Assembly (NCBI GenBank): GCA_035544735.1
Contig: DATKCD010000093.1
Span: 86-64,085, forward strand
DNA: 64,000 nucleotides
Source of the DNA: Thermoanaerobaculia bacterium
Lineage (GTDB): Bacteria > Acidobacteriota > Thermoanaerobaculia > Gp7-AA8
Reading direction: 5' to 3'
The translations under genes were made by a program, and so were the position numbers. The notes below the pieces were generated by a model, which was not told the DNA's origin, searched no databases, and worked only from the letters and a program-made list of their open reading frames with translations. Below, piece after piece: positions 1-10,612 of this stretch (position 1 is the first letter of the stretch; every line of letters begins with the position of its first letter).

Positions 1-1387
1 CGGTCTGCTCCCGCGGCGTGAGGAGATTCTGCTTCAGGTATTCGACGAAGTTCTCCGTCGTGCGCGACTGGAACGCGTAGCGGTCGAACCAGCTTCGCAG
101 GAACCGATCGAACCGTTCGCGCCCGACCGTCTGCTCGATCAGCCGGAGGAAGAGCGATCCCTTGTCGTAGGCGACGCTGGTCATTCCCTCGTCGGGATCG
201 CGTCCCGCGAGATCGAGCTTGAGCCGCGTGTCGGGGCTCGTCTCGCCCAGCTCGACGATCTCGTCGTCGAGATCGCCGCGGCCCAGCGCGGCGAGCATGC
301 GCGCGAAGTCCTCCCCGTACACCTGCTCCATGATCCGGTTCTCGAAATACGTCGTGAATCCCTCGTTCAGCCAGAAGTCGTCCCACGTCGCGTTCGTGAC
401 GAGGTTGCCCGACCAGGAGTGCGCGAGCTCGTGCGCGACGAGCGAGACGAGCGAGCGGTCGCCTGCCAGGATCGTCGGCGTCGCGAACGTCAGGCGGGGG
501 TTCTCCATCCCCCCGAACGGAAAGCTCGGCGGAAGCACGAGAATGTCGTAGCGCCCCCACTGATACGGCCCGTACATCCGCTCGGCCGCCTCGATCATCT
601 GCGGCGTGTCGGCGAACTCCCACGCCGCCTTCTCGACGACCGACGGCTCGGCGTAGACGCCGGCGCGTTCGCCGATGGCACGGAACTCGAGATCACCCAC
701 CGCCAGCGCCATCAGATACGACGGGATCGGCTGCGGCATCCGGAAATCGTAGATTCCGTCCGGCTCGGCGGCCGTCGGGTTCTCGGCGCTCATCACCGCC
801 ATCAGCGGCGGCGGGACGCGGATCGTCGCAGCGTACGTGAAGCGGACCGCCGGCGTGTCCTGCAGCGGGATCCAGGTGCGGGCGAGGATCGCCTGCGACT
901 GAGTGAACAGGAACGGCCACCGTCCGCCGGCCGTCATCGACGGAGCGAGCCACTGCACCGCGGCCGCACCGGGTGTGGTCTCGTACTCGATGTTGACCCG
1001 GCGCGTGCCGGGCTCGATCTCGATCACGAGCGGGCGGCCGAGCACTCCCTCCGCCTCCCCGAGACGATGGCCGGTCGGACTCGCCTCGCCTCCGAGGGTC
1101 ACGTTCCGGATCACGAGGTCCCGGGTGTCGAGCCACAGCTCGGACCCGCCCGCCCGGTTGTTCACCACCAGCGAGGCCCTTCCGATGAGCTTCTTCCCGG
1201 GAAAGTCGACCGAAAGGTCGAGATCGAGGTGCTCGACGACGGCATCGTTCGGCTTCGAGAACGAATGAGGGTCGTCCGGATAGGTCGTCGCCCCGAGCGG
1301 GGCGACGGCCGCCGTCGGGACGCTCGTGCAGCCCGAGATCGCGATGGCGAGGATCGCCGCGAAGCAGGCGGCGTTTCGAAGTGTCAT
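1..1387 (-). CDS. M1-family zinc aminopeptidase (leukotriene A4 hydrolase-like), predicted lipoprotein; 3' end lies beyond window start
   Basis: Own minus-strand translation. ATG at 1387-1385 gives MTLRNAACFAAILAIAISGC (lipobox). The same frame reads YGPYQWGRYDILVLPPSFPFGGMENPRLTFATPTILAGDRSLVSLVAHELAHSW (GxMEN plus HExxH, HELAH encoded at 433-419), then WLNEGFTTY. The ORF is open to position 1, so it is absent from the ORF track. Confidence 0.9.
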   Translation of the reverse strand, partial: MTLRNAACFAAILAIAISGCTSVPTAAVAPLGATTYPDDPHSFSKPNDAVVEHLDLDLSVDFPGKKLIGRASLVVNNRAGGSELWLDTRDLVIRNVTLGGEASPTGHRLGEAEGVLGRPLVIEIEPGTRRVNIEYETTPGAAAVQWLAPSMTAGGRWPFLFTQSQAILARTWIPLQDTPAVRFTYAATIRVPPPLMAVMSAENPTAAEPDGIYDFRMPQPIPSYLMALAVGDLEFRAIGERAGVYAEPSVVEKAAWEFADTPQMIEAAERMYGPYQWGRYDILVLPPSFPFGGMENPRLTFATPTILAGDRSLVSLVAHELAHSWSGNLVTNATWDDFWLNEGFTTYFENRIMEQVYGEDFARMLAALGRGDLDDEIVELGETSPDTRLKLDLAGRDPDEGMTSVAYDKGSLFLRLIEQTVGRERFDRFLRSWFDRYAFQSRTTENFVEYLKQNLLTPREQT

Positions 1388-1511
1388 GGCTCCTCCCTGC
1401 TGGTCGTTTCGTGCGGCGCCGGAGGCGCCGTCGGCCCGGGGCCGCGATTCCGCTCCGGCCCGGAGAAACGGGAGTGTAGCAGCGCCTGTGCCCGCGGCCC
1501 ATCGCCGGCCA

Positions 1512-3623
1512 CTAGCCGAACGTCGCCGCCGGATGGAATCGCGGGCCGAGCCGCGACTCGAGCGCGCCCAGCCGCCTCCGGACGTCGGGAAGTCCCTCGC
1601 GCCGCGCCCAGGCGAACGGGCCGCCGCGAAAGGGAGGAAAGCCGAGCCCGAGGACCGCGCCGAGATCTCCGTCGTCTTCGGATTTCAGGATGTCGTCGTC
1701 GAGACACCACGCCGCCTCTCCGACCATCGCGAGCACGAGCCGCTCGACGATCTCGACGGCCGGGAGCTGAGCGGGCCCGGGCGAGCCGAGCGCGGCGAGG
1801 GCGTCCGGGTTCGGTCCGATCTTCCGGCCGTCGCGGTAGAGAAAGAAGCCACGGCCGCTCTTCCTTCCGAGGAGACCCGCCTCGGCGAGCGCGGCGAGGC
1901 CGAGCGAGGGCTCGTGCCCCCGCTCGGCGAACGCCTCGCCGATCTCGGCCGAGACGTGCGCCGCGACGTCGATCCCGACCTCGTCCAGCAGCGTGATCGG
2001 CCCGACGGGAAAGCCGAACTCGCGCAGCGCGGAATCGATCGCACCGGGGGCGACGCCTTCCTCGAGCAACATCATCGCCTCATTGAGATACGGCGCCAGA
2101 ATGCGCGTGGTGTAGAACCCCGGCCCGTCGCCGACGACGATCACCGCCTTTCCCTGCTGGACTCCGAGCGCGGCGGCCGCGGCGATCGCCCGATTCGACG
2201 CGCGCGAGGGGGCGACGATCTCGAGCAGCGGCATCTTCGGAACGGGAGAGAAATAGTGCATCCCGATCACCCGCTGCGGGTGCTGCAGGCCTCGCGCGAG
2301 CTGCGCGATCGGAATCGCCGAGGTGTTCGAGGCGAGGACCGCGTCGGGGCCGGCGATCCGCTCGAGCTCAGCGAGCAGGCGACGCTTGAGCGCGAGGTCC
2401 TCGAAGACCGCCTCGATGATCACGTCGCAGCCGGCGAGGCCCGAAAGATCGCTCGCCACCGCGAGGCGGGCGACGCGCTCGTCCCGCTGCGCCGCGCTCA
2501 GCGCGCCGGCGCGGACGCGCCGCTCCAGCGAGCTCTCGATCGACGCCCGGGCCTTCGCCGCCGTCTCGGAGCTCACGTCTTCGAGCACGACCTCGTACAC
2601 GTCGAGCGTGACCGAGGCGATCCCCTCCCCCATCAATCCCGCGCCGACCACCCCGACCCGCCCGATCGCCGGAGCATCGGCCGGCCGTTTCTTCCGCGCC
2701 GCCGTCAGCTCGAACAGGCGAATCAGCTCTTTCGCCTCCGCCGACGCGACGAGCCGGCCGAACGCCGCGATCTCGCTGCGCTGACCGGCGCGAAAGCCCT
2801 CGGCGAGCCCGCTCCGGACGGCCTCGAGGATCTCGAATGGAGCGGGATGGAGCCCGCGCGTCCTGCGCACGATCTGCGAGCGCGCCTTTCGAAGCAGCAG
2901 AGCGCGCATCGGAGCGGCCGCGAGGATGCGGTTCTGCAGCGGGCGCCGCCCGGCGGGAGTCCCGAGGCGAGGGCTCCAGGAGGCCGAGCTCCAGCGCGCG
3001 GCGGTCCGCCTGGAGGCGAGCTCGCGTGCGAGAGCGAGGGCGATCTCGACGGTCGACCCGGGAGGGGCGAGGCGATCGATCAGCCGCAGCTCGAGCGCCC
3101 GGCGCGCCCGCACGCGCGAGCCGGTCAGCAGCATCGGGAGCGCCTGCGGCAGACCGATCAGCCGCGGAAGCCGCTGCGTTCCTCCCGCGCCCGGCAACAG
3201 GCCGAGCGTCACCTCCGGAAGTGCGAGCACCGTCGCCGGATCGTCGCTCGCGACGCGGGCGTGGCAGGCGAGCGCGAGCTCGAGCCCTCCGCCGAGCGCC
3301 GCCCCTTCGATGGCGGCGACGAACGGCTTCGGCGACACGGCGATCCGATCGAACAGATCGTGCGCCCGGCGCGAGAGCCGTTCCGCCTCGCTCGCCTCCC
3401 GGATCGCCGAGAGCTCGCGAAGGTCGGCGCCCGCCACGAACGTTCCCGGCTTGCCGCTCGCGATCACCGCGGCCCGGTGATCGTCCTCGTGCTCGATCCG
3501 GTCGAGCATCGCCTCGAGCTCGTCGAACAGATCCGAGCGGAGAATGTTGAGGCGCGAGTCGGGTACGTCGATCCGGACGATCGCCACGCCGTCGCGAGTC
3601 TCGAGCGACAGAGCGCCGGCCAT
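1512..3623 (-). CDS. Bifunctional enoyl-CoA hydratase / 3-hydroxyacyl-CoA dehydrogenase (FadJ/FadB-type fatty-acid oxidation alpha subunit)
   Basis: 703-aa ORF. N-terminal crotonase fold (GKPGTFVAGADL, AAIEGAALGGGLELALACH) fused to an NAD Rossmann domain (VGVVGAGLMGEGIA) and C-terminal HCDH repeats. Confidence 0.9.
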   Translation of the reverse strand: MAGALSLETRDGVAIVRIDVPDSRLNILRSDLFDELEAMLDRIEHEDDHRAAVIASGKPGTFVAGADLRELSAIREASEAERLSRRAHDLFDRIAVSPKPFVAAIEGAALGGGLELALACHARVASDDPATVLALPEVTLGLLPGAGGTQRLPRLIGLPQALPMLLTGSRVRARRALELRLIDRLAPPGSTVEIALALARELASRRTAARWSSASWSPRLGTPAGRRPLQNRILAAAPMRALLLRKARSQIVRRTRGLHPAPFEILEAVRSGLAEGFRAGQRSEIAAFGRLVASAEAKELIRLFELTAARKKRPADAPAIGRVGVVGAGLMGEGIASVTLDVYEVVLEDVSSETAAKARASIESSLERRVRAGALSAAQRDERVARLAVASDLSGLAGCDVIIEAVFEDLALKRRLLAELERIAGPDAVLASNTSAIPIAQLARGLQHPQRVIGMHYFSPVPKMPLLEIVAPSRASNRAIAAAAALGVQQGKAVIVVGDGPGFYTTRILAPYLNEAMMLLEEGVAPGAIDSALREFGFPVGPITLLDEVGIDVAAHVSAEIGEAFAERGHEPSLGLAALAEAGLLGRKSGRGFFLYRDGRKIGPNPDALAALGSPGPAQLPAVEIVERLVLAMVGEAAWCLDDDILKSEDDGDLGAVLGLGFPPFRGGPFAWARREGLPDVRRRLGALESRLGPRFHPAATFG

Positions 3624-3642
3624 CCGTCCGATCCTCCGGCGG

Positions 3643-4533
3643 TCAGCGCCCGGTGCGCAGCGACTCGAGGAGCCTCTGATCCCGCTCTTCGGGCGAGGCC
3701 CCGGCGGTCAGCGCTCCCTCCCACGATCCGTACATCGGATTCGGCACCACGAACCACCGCGTCCCCCACCACGATTCGTACGGCCGGATCTTGTCGAGGC
3801 GCTCGTCACGGGAGACGCGGACGCCCGGAAGGAAGTCGCCGAGATCGTCGCCGATCATCAGCAGGACGCGGAATCCTCGGGCGACCGACCGGCGGCGATC
3901 GCTCTTTTCGGAAGTGGCCCACTCCGGCCGCTCGCCCCGCAGCAGGACCGTGTCGATCTCGGCGGAGAGCGGGAAGCCGGCGGATCTGAGGTTGTCGCGC
4001 GTGGCGGCTTCGTGCTCGGCGTCGCGGTTGCTCACGTAGAAGATCGTGACGCCCCGGCTCGCCGCGTGCCGCGCGAACTCCAGCGCTCCCGGGATCGCGG
4101 GGGCGTTCCTCTCGTCGACCCACGCGGTCCAGTTCTGCGCGTTGAAGCTGCCGCCGCTCAGGATCAAGCGAGCCTCGAACGGCGAGTTGTCGAGCATCGT
4201 CTCGTCGACGTCGACGATGACCGCCGGGGGCAGCGAGGTGTCGGGCGAGAGCTGCTCCGGCGCGGCGCTGATCGTCGGGTCGGCGAGGGCCCGGTCGAGG
4301 GCGGTCCGGGCCGAATTGAACGCCTGGAGCGCGAGCGCACGGTACTCCGCCGCGGTCTGGATCCAGAGAACGGCGTTCAGCAGGCGGTGATCGGCCGTCG
4401 AGCGGGCCGTCGCGGACGGCGTCGCGGCGGGCGCGACCGGCTCCGGGGCGGCCGACGGCGGCGGAGCCACCATGCCGGGCGTGCGGCATCCGACGGCGAG
4501 CAGAAGGACTGCGATCTGGACGGTTCTGCGCAT
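3643..4533 (-). CDS. Class C acid phosphatase / 5'-nucleotidase, lipoprotein e(P4) family (HAD superfamily)
   Basis: ORF 3643..4689 trimmed to the internal ATG at 4533, which is preceded by GGAGGA. Lipobox MRRTVQIAVLLLAVGC. HAD motifs VIVDVDETMLDNSP, YVSNR, MIGDDLGDF. Confidence 0.85.
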   Translation of the reverse strand: MRRTVQIAVLLLAVGCRTPGMVAPPPSAAPEPVAPAATPSATARSTADHRLLNAVLWIQTAAEYRALALQAFNSARTALDRALADPTISAAPEQLSPDTSLPPAVIVDVDETMLDNSPFEARLILSGGSFNAQNWTAWVDERNAPAIPGALEFARHAASRGVTIFYVSNRDAEHEAATRDNLRSAGFPLSAEIDTVLLRGERPEWATSEKSDRRRSVARGFRVLLMIGDDLGDFLPGVRVSRDERLDKIRPYESWWGTRWFVVPNPMYGSWEGALTAGASPEERDQRLLESLRTGR

Positions 4534-4622
4534 CGATCCTCCGGAAGGGTTGATGGGAGGGGGAGAGTATATCCTTGAACACGGCATGACTCGATCCGGC
4601 GGCGCCCGGTTACCATGGCGCG

Positions 4623-5723
4623 GTGAGCGCTTCCCGGCCGCAACTGGTCGTCGTGATCGGCGCCGGTCCCGCGGGGCTGGCTGCATCACACGAGCTGAAG
4701 CGGCGGGGGATCGAGCACCGCGTGCTCGAGCGCGGCGCCTCGGTCGGCACGAGCTGGCGCGGGCTCTACGACAGTCTCGTCCTCCACACCGGCAGGCATC
4801 TGTCCCATCTGCCGGGAATGAGATTTCCGCGGGGGACGCCGCTGTTCCCGCCGCGCGATGCGCTCGTGTCGTACCTGGAGCGTTACGCCGGGGGTTTGCC
4901 GGTGGAGACCCGCTGCGCGGTGCATCGGGTGACGCGGGTGAATCAGACGTGGCGGGTGCTCAGCTCGCGAGGGGAGATCCGCGCCGGGGCGATCGTCGTC
5001 GCGACGGGAATCATCTCGAATCCGCGGGTCCCCCGTCTGCCGGGGAGCGAGGAGTTCGGCGGGCCGATCCGACACAGCGTCGAGTACCTGCGAGCGGAGG
5101 CGTGCGAGCGGCGGCGCATCCTGATCGTCGGAACGGGGAACTCCGCCAACGAGATCGCGACCGAGCTCGCCGCGCACGGCGCGCGCGTGAGCGTCGCGGT
5201 CCGCTCCGGCGCCAACGTGGTTCCGAGAGAGATTCTCGGGATCCCGATCCAGTACCTCGCCGCCCTGGTCCGCCGGCTTCCCGCCCCCGTGCGCCGTTCC
5301 GTCGTCGGAGCGGTGGGGGCGGTGACCGAATGGAGGAACGGCCCCTCTCCGTTTCCCCGCCCGCCGTACGGTCCCCTCGATTCGATCCCGATGATCGGCA
5401 CGGGACTGGTGCGCGCGATCCGCGAAGGGCGCATCGCGCTTCGGGGCGGCATCGAGCGGCTGACCGGACGGGGTGCGCGCTTCGCCGACGGGACCGAAGA
5501 GGAGTTCGACGAGATCCTGCTCGCCACCGGATTCGATCCTGCGATCGAGATCCTCGGCGGTCTGGTACGGCTCGACGAGCGGCGATTCGCGCGCCGGCGC
5601 GACCGCGTCGTCAGCCTCGACCAGCCCAACCTCTACTTCATCGGACACAACTACGATTCAGCCGGCGCGCTCTGGAACATCAGGCGCGATGCGCCGCTGA
5701 TCGCCGAGCGATTGTCGAGGTAG
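4623..5723 (+). CDS. Flavin-containing monooxygenase-like FAD/NADPH oxidoreductase (class B)
   Basis: 366 aa with a GTG start. GAGPAGLA (FAD), FGGPIRHSVEY (FxGxxxHxxxY FMO motif), GTGNSANEIA (NADPH). Confidence 0.8.
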   Translation: MSASRPQLVVVIGAGPAGLAASHELKRRGIEHRVLERGASVGTSWRGLYDSLVLHTGRHLSHLPGMRFPRGTPLFPPRDALVSYLERYAGGLPVETRCAVHRVTRVNQTWRVLSSRGEIRAGAIVVATGIISNPRVPRLPGSEEFGGPIRHSVEYLRAEACERRRILIVGTGNSANEIATELAAHGARVSVAVRSGANVVPREILGIPIQYLAALVRRLPAPVRRSVVGAVGAVTEWRNGPSPFPRPPYGPLDSIPMIGTGLVRAIREGRIALRGGIERLTGRGARFADGTEEEFDEILLATGFDPAIEILGGLVRLDERRFARRRDRVVSLDQPNLYFIGHNYDSAGALWNIRRDAPLIAERLSR

Positions 5724-6011
5724 GACACTCGGGCTCGTCCCGGCCCATCCGCCCCGTTCACGCGACCGACACGCCCGCGAGTTGACCGCTTCGTCGCAGG
5801 AAGCACCGCCCGTACCCGCCTCGATCGCCGGCTTCCATCGCGCTCCTGCGTCGGAACGGTCACGGGCGGCCCGCAACGGCCGATCGACGTGACGAACGGG
5901 TGATTCCGCGCGGGCGGCGGCGACCGATCGTTGAGTGTTTGTTCGCGGATCGTCGAGAACCTTCACCGCGCGCGGCCGGACATTCGGTGAAACGCCGAAG
6001 GGAGTCCGCCG

Positions 6012-6632
6012 ATGCGACGAGTCTCGAAGACCGCAGCTCTGATTCTGTTCGTATTCGCACTGCCCGTGATCGCCGAACCGGCTTCGAGCCGAACAGAGGC
6101 GCCGCCGTTCGTGCGGCCAGCGGCGCCACCTCCCGCGACGTTGCGCGCCACTCCTCCCGAGCTCGAAACCCTACTCGACGATCCTCAGGTCGTCGCGCTC
6201 TTCCGCGACCTCTTTCTTCTCTCCGGCGCCGGAACGACCGACTTCGAGCGCGCCGCCTTTCTCGTCCGCGACGGCGGCCGCTGGAGCTGCCTGCTCTGGC
6301 CGATGAAGATGCGCTTCCGCAGCGAGGAGTTCGCCGGCGTCGTTCCCGCGGGTACTGTCGCGATCATCCACACCCATCCGAACGGCATCGTCCACGCCTC
6401 GAAACAGGATCGCGAATCGGCCCGAGCCACCAGGCTTCCCCTGTTCACGATCACCCAGGGCAGCATCACCGTCGTCGATCCCGTCACCGGCACCGAGCGG
6501 TGGGCCGTCCGTCACCAGGTCTGGACCAGGAGCGTCCCGGCCGCTCTGATCGAAACGTGCCGCTGCCGCGAGATCGGAGCTCCGAACCGTGCGCCGCTGC
6601 CCGGAGGTCTCCTCGCCGGCGCAGGTCAGTGA
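6012..6632 (+). CDS. Exported hypothetical protein with JAB/MPN+-like metal-site signature
   Basis: 206 aa; GAAGGGAG lies upstream of the ATG. Signal-peptide-like MRRVSKTAALILFVFALPVIAEP. IIHTHPNGIVHASKQD fits H-x-H-x7-S-x2-D. Confidence 0.6.
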   Translation: MRRVSKTAALILFVFALPVIAEPASSRTEAPPFVRPAAPPPATLRATPPELETLLDDPQVVALFRDLFLLSGAGTTDFERAAFLVRDGGRWSCLLWPMKMRFRSEEFAGVVPAGTVAIIHTHPNGIVHASKQDRESARATRLPLFTITQGSITVVDPVTGTERWAVRHQVWTRSVPAALIETCRCREIGAPNRAPLPGGLLAGAGQ

Positions 6633-6649
6633 GTAGCCACGAAACGCGC

Positions 6650-6678
6650 GGGAGCGCCGGCGGCCCGCCGGCGCTCCC
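6650..6678. terminator. Perfect 13-bp GC hairpin between convergent genes (possible bidirectional terminator)
   Basis: gggagcgccggcg-gcc-cgccggcgctccc, 18 nt after the 6632 stop and 39 nt after the csp stop. Only a weak U-tract (GTTT) on the minus side, so function is inferred. Confidence 0.4.
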
Positions 6679-6716
6679 GATCATGCGCGCCGGCCGATGG
6701 CCGGCAGTACTCCCGT

Positions 6717-6920
6717 TCAGACGGGGACGACGTTGGTCGCCTGCTTCCCTTTCGGTCCCTCGGTCAGATCGAACTCCACCTGCGCCCCTTCGGCCAGCGT
6801 CCGGAATCCCGATCCCTGGATCGCGCTGTAATGAACGAACACGTCTTCGCCGCTCTCCAGCGTGATGAAACCGAATCCCTTCGCATCGTTGAACCACTTC
6901 ACCGTGCCCTGACTCCTCAT
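6717..6920 (-). CDS. cspA: Cold-shock protein, CspA family
   Basis: Last 67 aa of ORF 6717..7130: [35 protein letters not shown]..., with RNP1 (KGFGFI) and RNP2 (VFVHY). Confidence 0.95.
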   Translation of the reverse strand: MRSQGTVKWFNDAKGFGFITLESGEDVFVHYSAIQGSGFRTLAEGAQVEFDLTEGPKGKQATNVVPV

Positions 6921-7045
6921 TCGATTCTCTCCCTCGATCTCACCTGAGCTCGTGGCGCTGCTCGGACACCTCGAAGGAACCGCCTCCTTCGCATCAGAAC
7001 CGCACAGCCTCACTGCGTGTAGGAGGAACGGGGAGATTACTACAA

Positions 7046-7074
7046 ATAATCCACAAAACCTCAGATTATGACAA
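7046..7074 (-). promoter_or_regulatory. Candidate sigma70-type promoter of csp (TTGTCA-N17-GATTAT), implying a ~120-nt leader
   Basis: In the locally AT-rich divergent intergenic region, the minus strand reads ggTTGTCAtaatctgaggttttgtgGATTATttgtag. Long 5' UTRs are typical of cspA-type genes. No experimental TSS. Confidence 0.35.
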
Positions 7075-7289
7075 CCGGCGCCGCCCGAGGCACGGGCGGA
7101 CGATCGACTCGTAAGTGGCATAGGACTCATAAATTCGACCTTGTTCGCCGGCGGACATCTGCCAGGACCCGACCGCCGGGCCGGATCCCGCTCGCGGCCG
7201 CCGGCGCGCTCGCCCGCTCCGCCCTGCGGTAGACTTCCCGCCGCGCCCCGGTCGGGGGCGCCATCTCCCTCCGGAAAGGACCCACGACG

Positions 7290-10200
7290 ATGCGACTGCT
7301 CCGTGCCCTCGTTCTGCTCACGTTCGTCACCGGCGCCCCGGCGGCGGCCCAGGAGCCGCTCCCGACCCCGCCGGAGCAGCAGGTCCCGCCCGACGCCGAC
7401 GAGCCGGAGGCCGAGGACACCTGGAGCGTCGACGATCCGCCGGGACCGTCCCGGCGCGCGTCGATCGACGTGGCCGAAGGGACGTGGATGAGCGTCGACG
7501 TGAGCCCGGATGGGACCGAGGTGATCTTTGATCTACTGGGCGACGTCTACGCCGTCCCGATCGGAGGAGGAGAAGCGCGGGCGCTGACGAGCGGCGTCGC
7601 CTGGGACATGCAGCCGCGATTCTCTCCCGACGGAAAATGGATCGCCTTCACCTCGGACCGCTCCGGGGGGGACAACATCTGGATCATGCGCCGCGACGGG
7701 AGCGATCCGCAGCAGGTGAGCAAGGAGAGCTTCCGGCTTCTGAACTCGCCGGCGTGGACGCCGGACGGACAGTATCTGGTGGCGCGGAAGCACTTCACGT
7801 CGCGGCGCTCGCTCGGTGCGGGAGAGATGTGGCTCTATCACCGCTCGGGGGGTGAGGGGGTTCAGCTCACCGAGAAGCCGAACGATCAGAAGGACGCGGG
7901 CGAGCCGGCCTTCTCGCCCGACGGGCGGTATCTCTACTACAGCCAGGACGTCACTCCGGGCGGGGTGTTCCAGTACAACAAGGACCCGAACGACGAGATC
8001 TACGTCATCCAGCGGTTCGACCGCGAGACGGGGAAGACCGAGCGGTTCATCACCGGGCCGGGGGGATCGATCCGCCCGACGCCTTCGCCCGACGGGAAGA
8101 AGCTGGCGTTCGTCCGCCGCGTGAGGCTCGACACGGTTCTCCACCTCGCCGATCTCGAGACCGGCGCGGAGACTCCGGTCTACGCGGGACTCGATCGCGA
8201 CATGCAGGAGACGTGGGCGGTCCACGGCGTCTATCCGGCGATGGCGTGGACGCCCGACAACCGGTCGATCGTCTTCTGGTCGGGCGGAAAGATCCGCCGG
8301 GTGGACGTCGCCTCGGGCGAGATCGGCGAGATCCCGTTCCGGGTGACCGGCGAGCGGGAAGTATTCGAGGCGCTGCGTTTTCCCGTCGAAGTGGCGCCGG
8401 AGACGTTTCCGGTGCGGATGCTCCGCTGGGTCGAAGTCGCACCGCGGGGCGACCAGGTGGTTTACTCCGCCATGGGGCACCTCTGGACCCGCGAGCTTCC
8501 GAACGGGACGCCGCGGCGGCTGACGCGACAGAACGAGCACTTCGAGTACTACCCCTCCTTCTCGCGAGACGGGCGGTCGATCGTGTACGTGAGCTGGGAC
8601 GACGAGGGCCTCGGGGCGATCCGCGTCGTGCCGGCGCGGGGGGGCGAGGGGCGCGTGGTGACGCGCCAGGCGGGACATTACGTCGAGCCGGCCTTCACGC
8701 CTGACGGCCGGCGGATCGTCTATCGCGCGAGCTCGGGCGGGGGGCTGCGCTCGCGGCTCCACTCTCGCGACAGGGGCCTCTACTCGATTTCCGCGTCGGG
8801 GGGCGAGCCGGTGCGCATCGTGGAGCGGGGGTTCCTCCCCCACTTCGGTTCGGAGGCGGATCGCGTGTACTTCATGACGTTCGGCGAGGAGGACAAACGC
8901 GAGCTCCGCTCGATCGAGCTCGACGGGAGCGACGAGCGGACCCACGCGACGAGCGAAGCGGCGACCGAGTTCCGAGTCTCGCCCGACGGGCGGTGGATCG
9001 CCTTCACCGAGCGGTTCAACGCGTGGATCGTCCCGCTGGTGGCCGCGGCGAAGCCGCTCGCCATCGGACCGAACATGAAGTCGGTCCCGGCGAAGCGGGT
9101 CTCGCGCGATGCAGGAGAGTACCTCCACTGGTCGGCCGACTCCGAGCGCCTCTACTGGTCGCTCGGACCGGAGCTGTTCTCGCGCGAGCTCGCCGAGGCG
9201 TTCGGGTGGATCGGGGAAGCGGACCAGGAGCTTCCCGAGCCGCCCGAGGAGGGGATCCACATCGGGTTCGACGCCGCGAGCGACGTTCCCTCGGGGCGGC
9301 TGGCGCTGGCCGGCGGGCGGATCGTGACGATGAGGGGCGACCAGGTCATCGAAGACGGCACGATCGTGATCGAGCGGAACCGCATCACGGCCGTCGGGCC
9401 GCGCGACGCGGTGCAGGTGCCCGCCGGCACGAGGGTGCTCGAGCTCGCAGGAGCGACCGTGATCCCCGGGCTGATCGACGTGCACTGGCACGGCTCGATG
9501 GGCGACGACGAGATCCTGCCGGAGCAGAGCTGGGTGAATCTCGCCTCGCTGGCGTTCGGAGTCACGACCATCCACGATCCGTCGAACGACACGAGCGAGA
9601 TCTTCACCGCGAGCGAGATGGTCCGGGCGGGCCGCGTCGTCGGCCCGCGGATCTATTCGACCGGAACGATCCTGTACGGGGCGAAGGCGCCGTTCACGGC
9701 CCACATCGACAGCCTCGAGGATGCGCTCTCGCACCTCCGCCGGATGAAGGCTGTCGGCGCGTTCAGCGTGAAGAGCTACAACCAGCCGCGGCGGGATCAG
9801 CGCCAGCAGGTCGTCGCCGCCGCGCGCGAGCTCGGCATGATGGTCGTCCCCGAGGGCGGCTCGCTGTTCCAGCACAACATGTCGATGGTCGTCGACGGCC
9901 ACACCGGAATCGAGCACTCCATCCCCGTCGCGAGAGTCTACGACGACGTCCTCCAGCTCTGGCCGCAGACCGACACGTGGTACACGCCGACGCTGGTCGT
10001 CGGCTACGGCGGAATCTGGGGTGAGAACTACTGGTATCAGACGACGAACGTCTGGGAGAACGAGCGGCTTCTGGCGTTCGTGCCGCGGCGAATCATCGAT
10101 GCGCGATCGCGCCGCAGAATGCTCGTGCCGGAAGACGACTTCAATCACTTCCGCAACGCGGAGGTGGCGGCCGCGCTCGCCGAGCGCGGAGTGCACGTGC

Positions 10201-10577
10201 AGATCGGCGCCCACGGACAGCGCGAAGGTCTCGCCGCACACTGGGAGCTCTGGATGTTCGTCCAGGGAGGAATGACCCCGCACGAGGCCCTCCGGGCCGC
10301 GACGCTCTGGGGCGCCGAGTACTTCGGCATGGAGCGCGACCTCGGCTCGATCGAGCCGGGAAAGCTCGCCGATCTGGTCGTCCTCGACGCCGATCCGCTC
10401 GAGGACATCCGCAACTCCGAATCGATCCGCTGGGTGATGGTCAACGGAAGGCTGTTCGACTCGATGACCATGAACGAGATCGGCAATCACCCCCGTACGA
10501 GACGGCCGCTGTTCTTCGAGCGCGAGGGAGAACCGGCCGTCGCGGCGACGAGCGGCGCGGCAGCGCACGGACATTGA
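7290..10577 (+). CDS. Secreted TolB-like beta-propeller / amidohydrolase fusion protein
   Basis: 1095 aa with a signal peptide. Repeated blades ([58 protein letters not shown]). C-terminal metal-dependent hydrolase domain ([10 protein letters not shown]). Confidence 0.85.
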   Translation: MRLLRALVLLTFVTGAPAAAQEPLPTPPEQQVPPDADEPEAEDTWSVDDPPGPSRRASIDVAEGTWMSVDVSPDGTEVIFDLLGDVYAVPIGGGEARALTSGVAWDMQPRFSPDGKWIAFTSDRSGGDNIWIMRRDGSDPQQVSKESFRLLNSPAWTPDGQYLVARKHFTSRRSLGAGEMWLYHRSGGEGVQLTEKPNDQKDAGEPAFSPDGRYLYYSQDVTPGGVFQYNKDPNDEIYVIQRFDRETGKTERFITGPGGSIRPTPSPDGKKLAFVRRVRLDTVLHLADLETGAETPVYAGLDRDMQETWAVHGVYPAMAWTPDNRSIVFWSGGKIRRVDVASGEIGEIPFRVTGEREVFEALRFPVEVAPETFPVRMLRWVEVAPRGDQVVYSAMGHLWTRELPNGTPRRLTRQNEHFEYYPSFSRDGRSIVYVSWDDEGLGAIRVVPARGGEGRVVTRQAGHYVEPAFTPDGRRIVYRASSGGGLRSRLHSRDRGLYSISASGGEPVRIVERGFLPHFGSEADRVYFMTFGEEDKRELRSIELDGSDERTHATSEAATEFRVSPDGRWIAFTERFNAWIVPLVAAAKPLAIGPNMKSVPAKRVSRDAGEYLHWSADSERLYWSLGPELFSRELAEAFGWIGEADQELPEPPEEGIHIGFDAASDVPSGRLALAGGRIVTMRGDQVIEDGTIVIERNRITAVGPRDAVQVPAGTRVLELAGATVIPGLIDVHWHGSMGDDEILPEQSWVNLASLAFGVTTIHDPSNDTSEIFTASEMVRAGRVVGPRIYSTGTILYGAKAPFTAHIDSLEDALSHLRRMKAVGAFSVKSYNQPRRDQRQQVVAAARELGMMVVPEGGSLFQHNMSMVVDGHTGIEHSIPVARVYDDVLQLWPQTDTWYTPTLVVGYGGIWGENYWYQTTNVWENERLLAFVPRRIIDARSRRRMLVPEDDFNHFRNAEVAAALAERGVHVQIGAHGQREGLAAHWELWMFVQGGMTPHEALRAATLWGAEYFGMERDLGSIEPGKLADLVVLDADPLEDIRNSESIRWVMVNGRLFDSMTMNEIGNHPRTRRPLFFEREGEPAVAATSGAAAHGH

Positions 10578-10612
10578 GCCGGGCTTCGCGAAGCCAACCC
10601 CGGGATGCGTGA

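Noticed and set aside
1326-3989. 887-aa plus-strand ORF (also 419..1996 and 2837..3550) overlapping the fadJ-type and aminopeptidase genes
   Set aside because: The translation is Arg/Pro/Gly/Ala-rich and low complexity with no motifs. It lies antisense to ORFs with clear family signatures. This is a typical high-GC antisense artefact.
7533-10574. 1013-aa minus-strand ORF covering the TolB/amidohydrolase gene
   Set aside because: It is antisense to a well-supported gene, with an Arg/Asp/Pro-rich nonsense-like sequence. The same reasoning applies to 15825..18185, 18993..20390, 21489..23678, 29193..31637, 32114..33307, 44987..47185, 48312..49805, 50235..51440, 51466..52785, 54100..55833 and 55830..58262.
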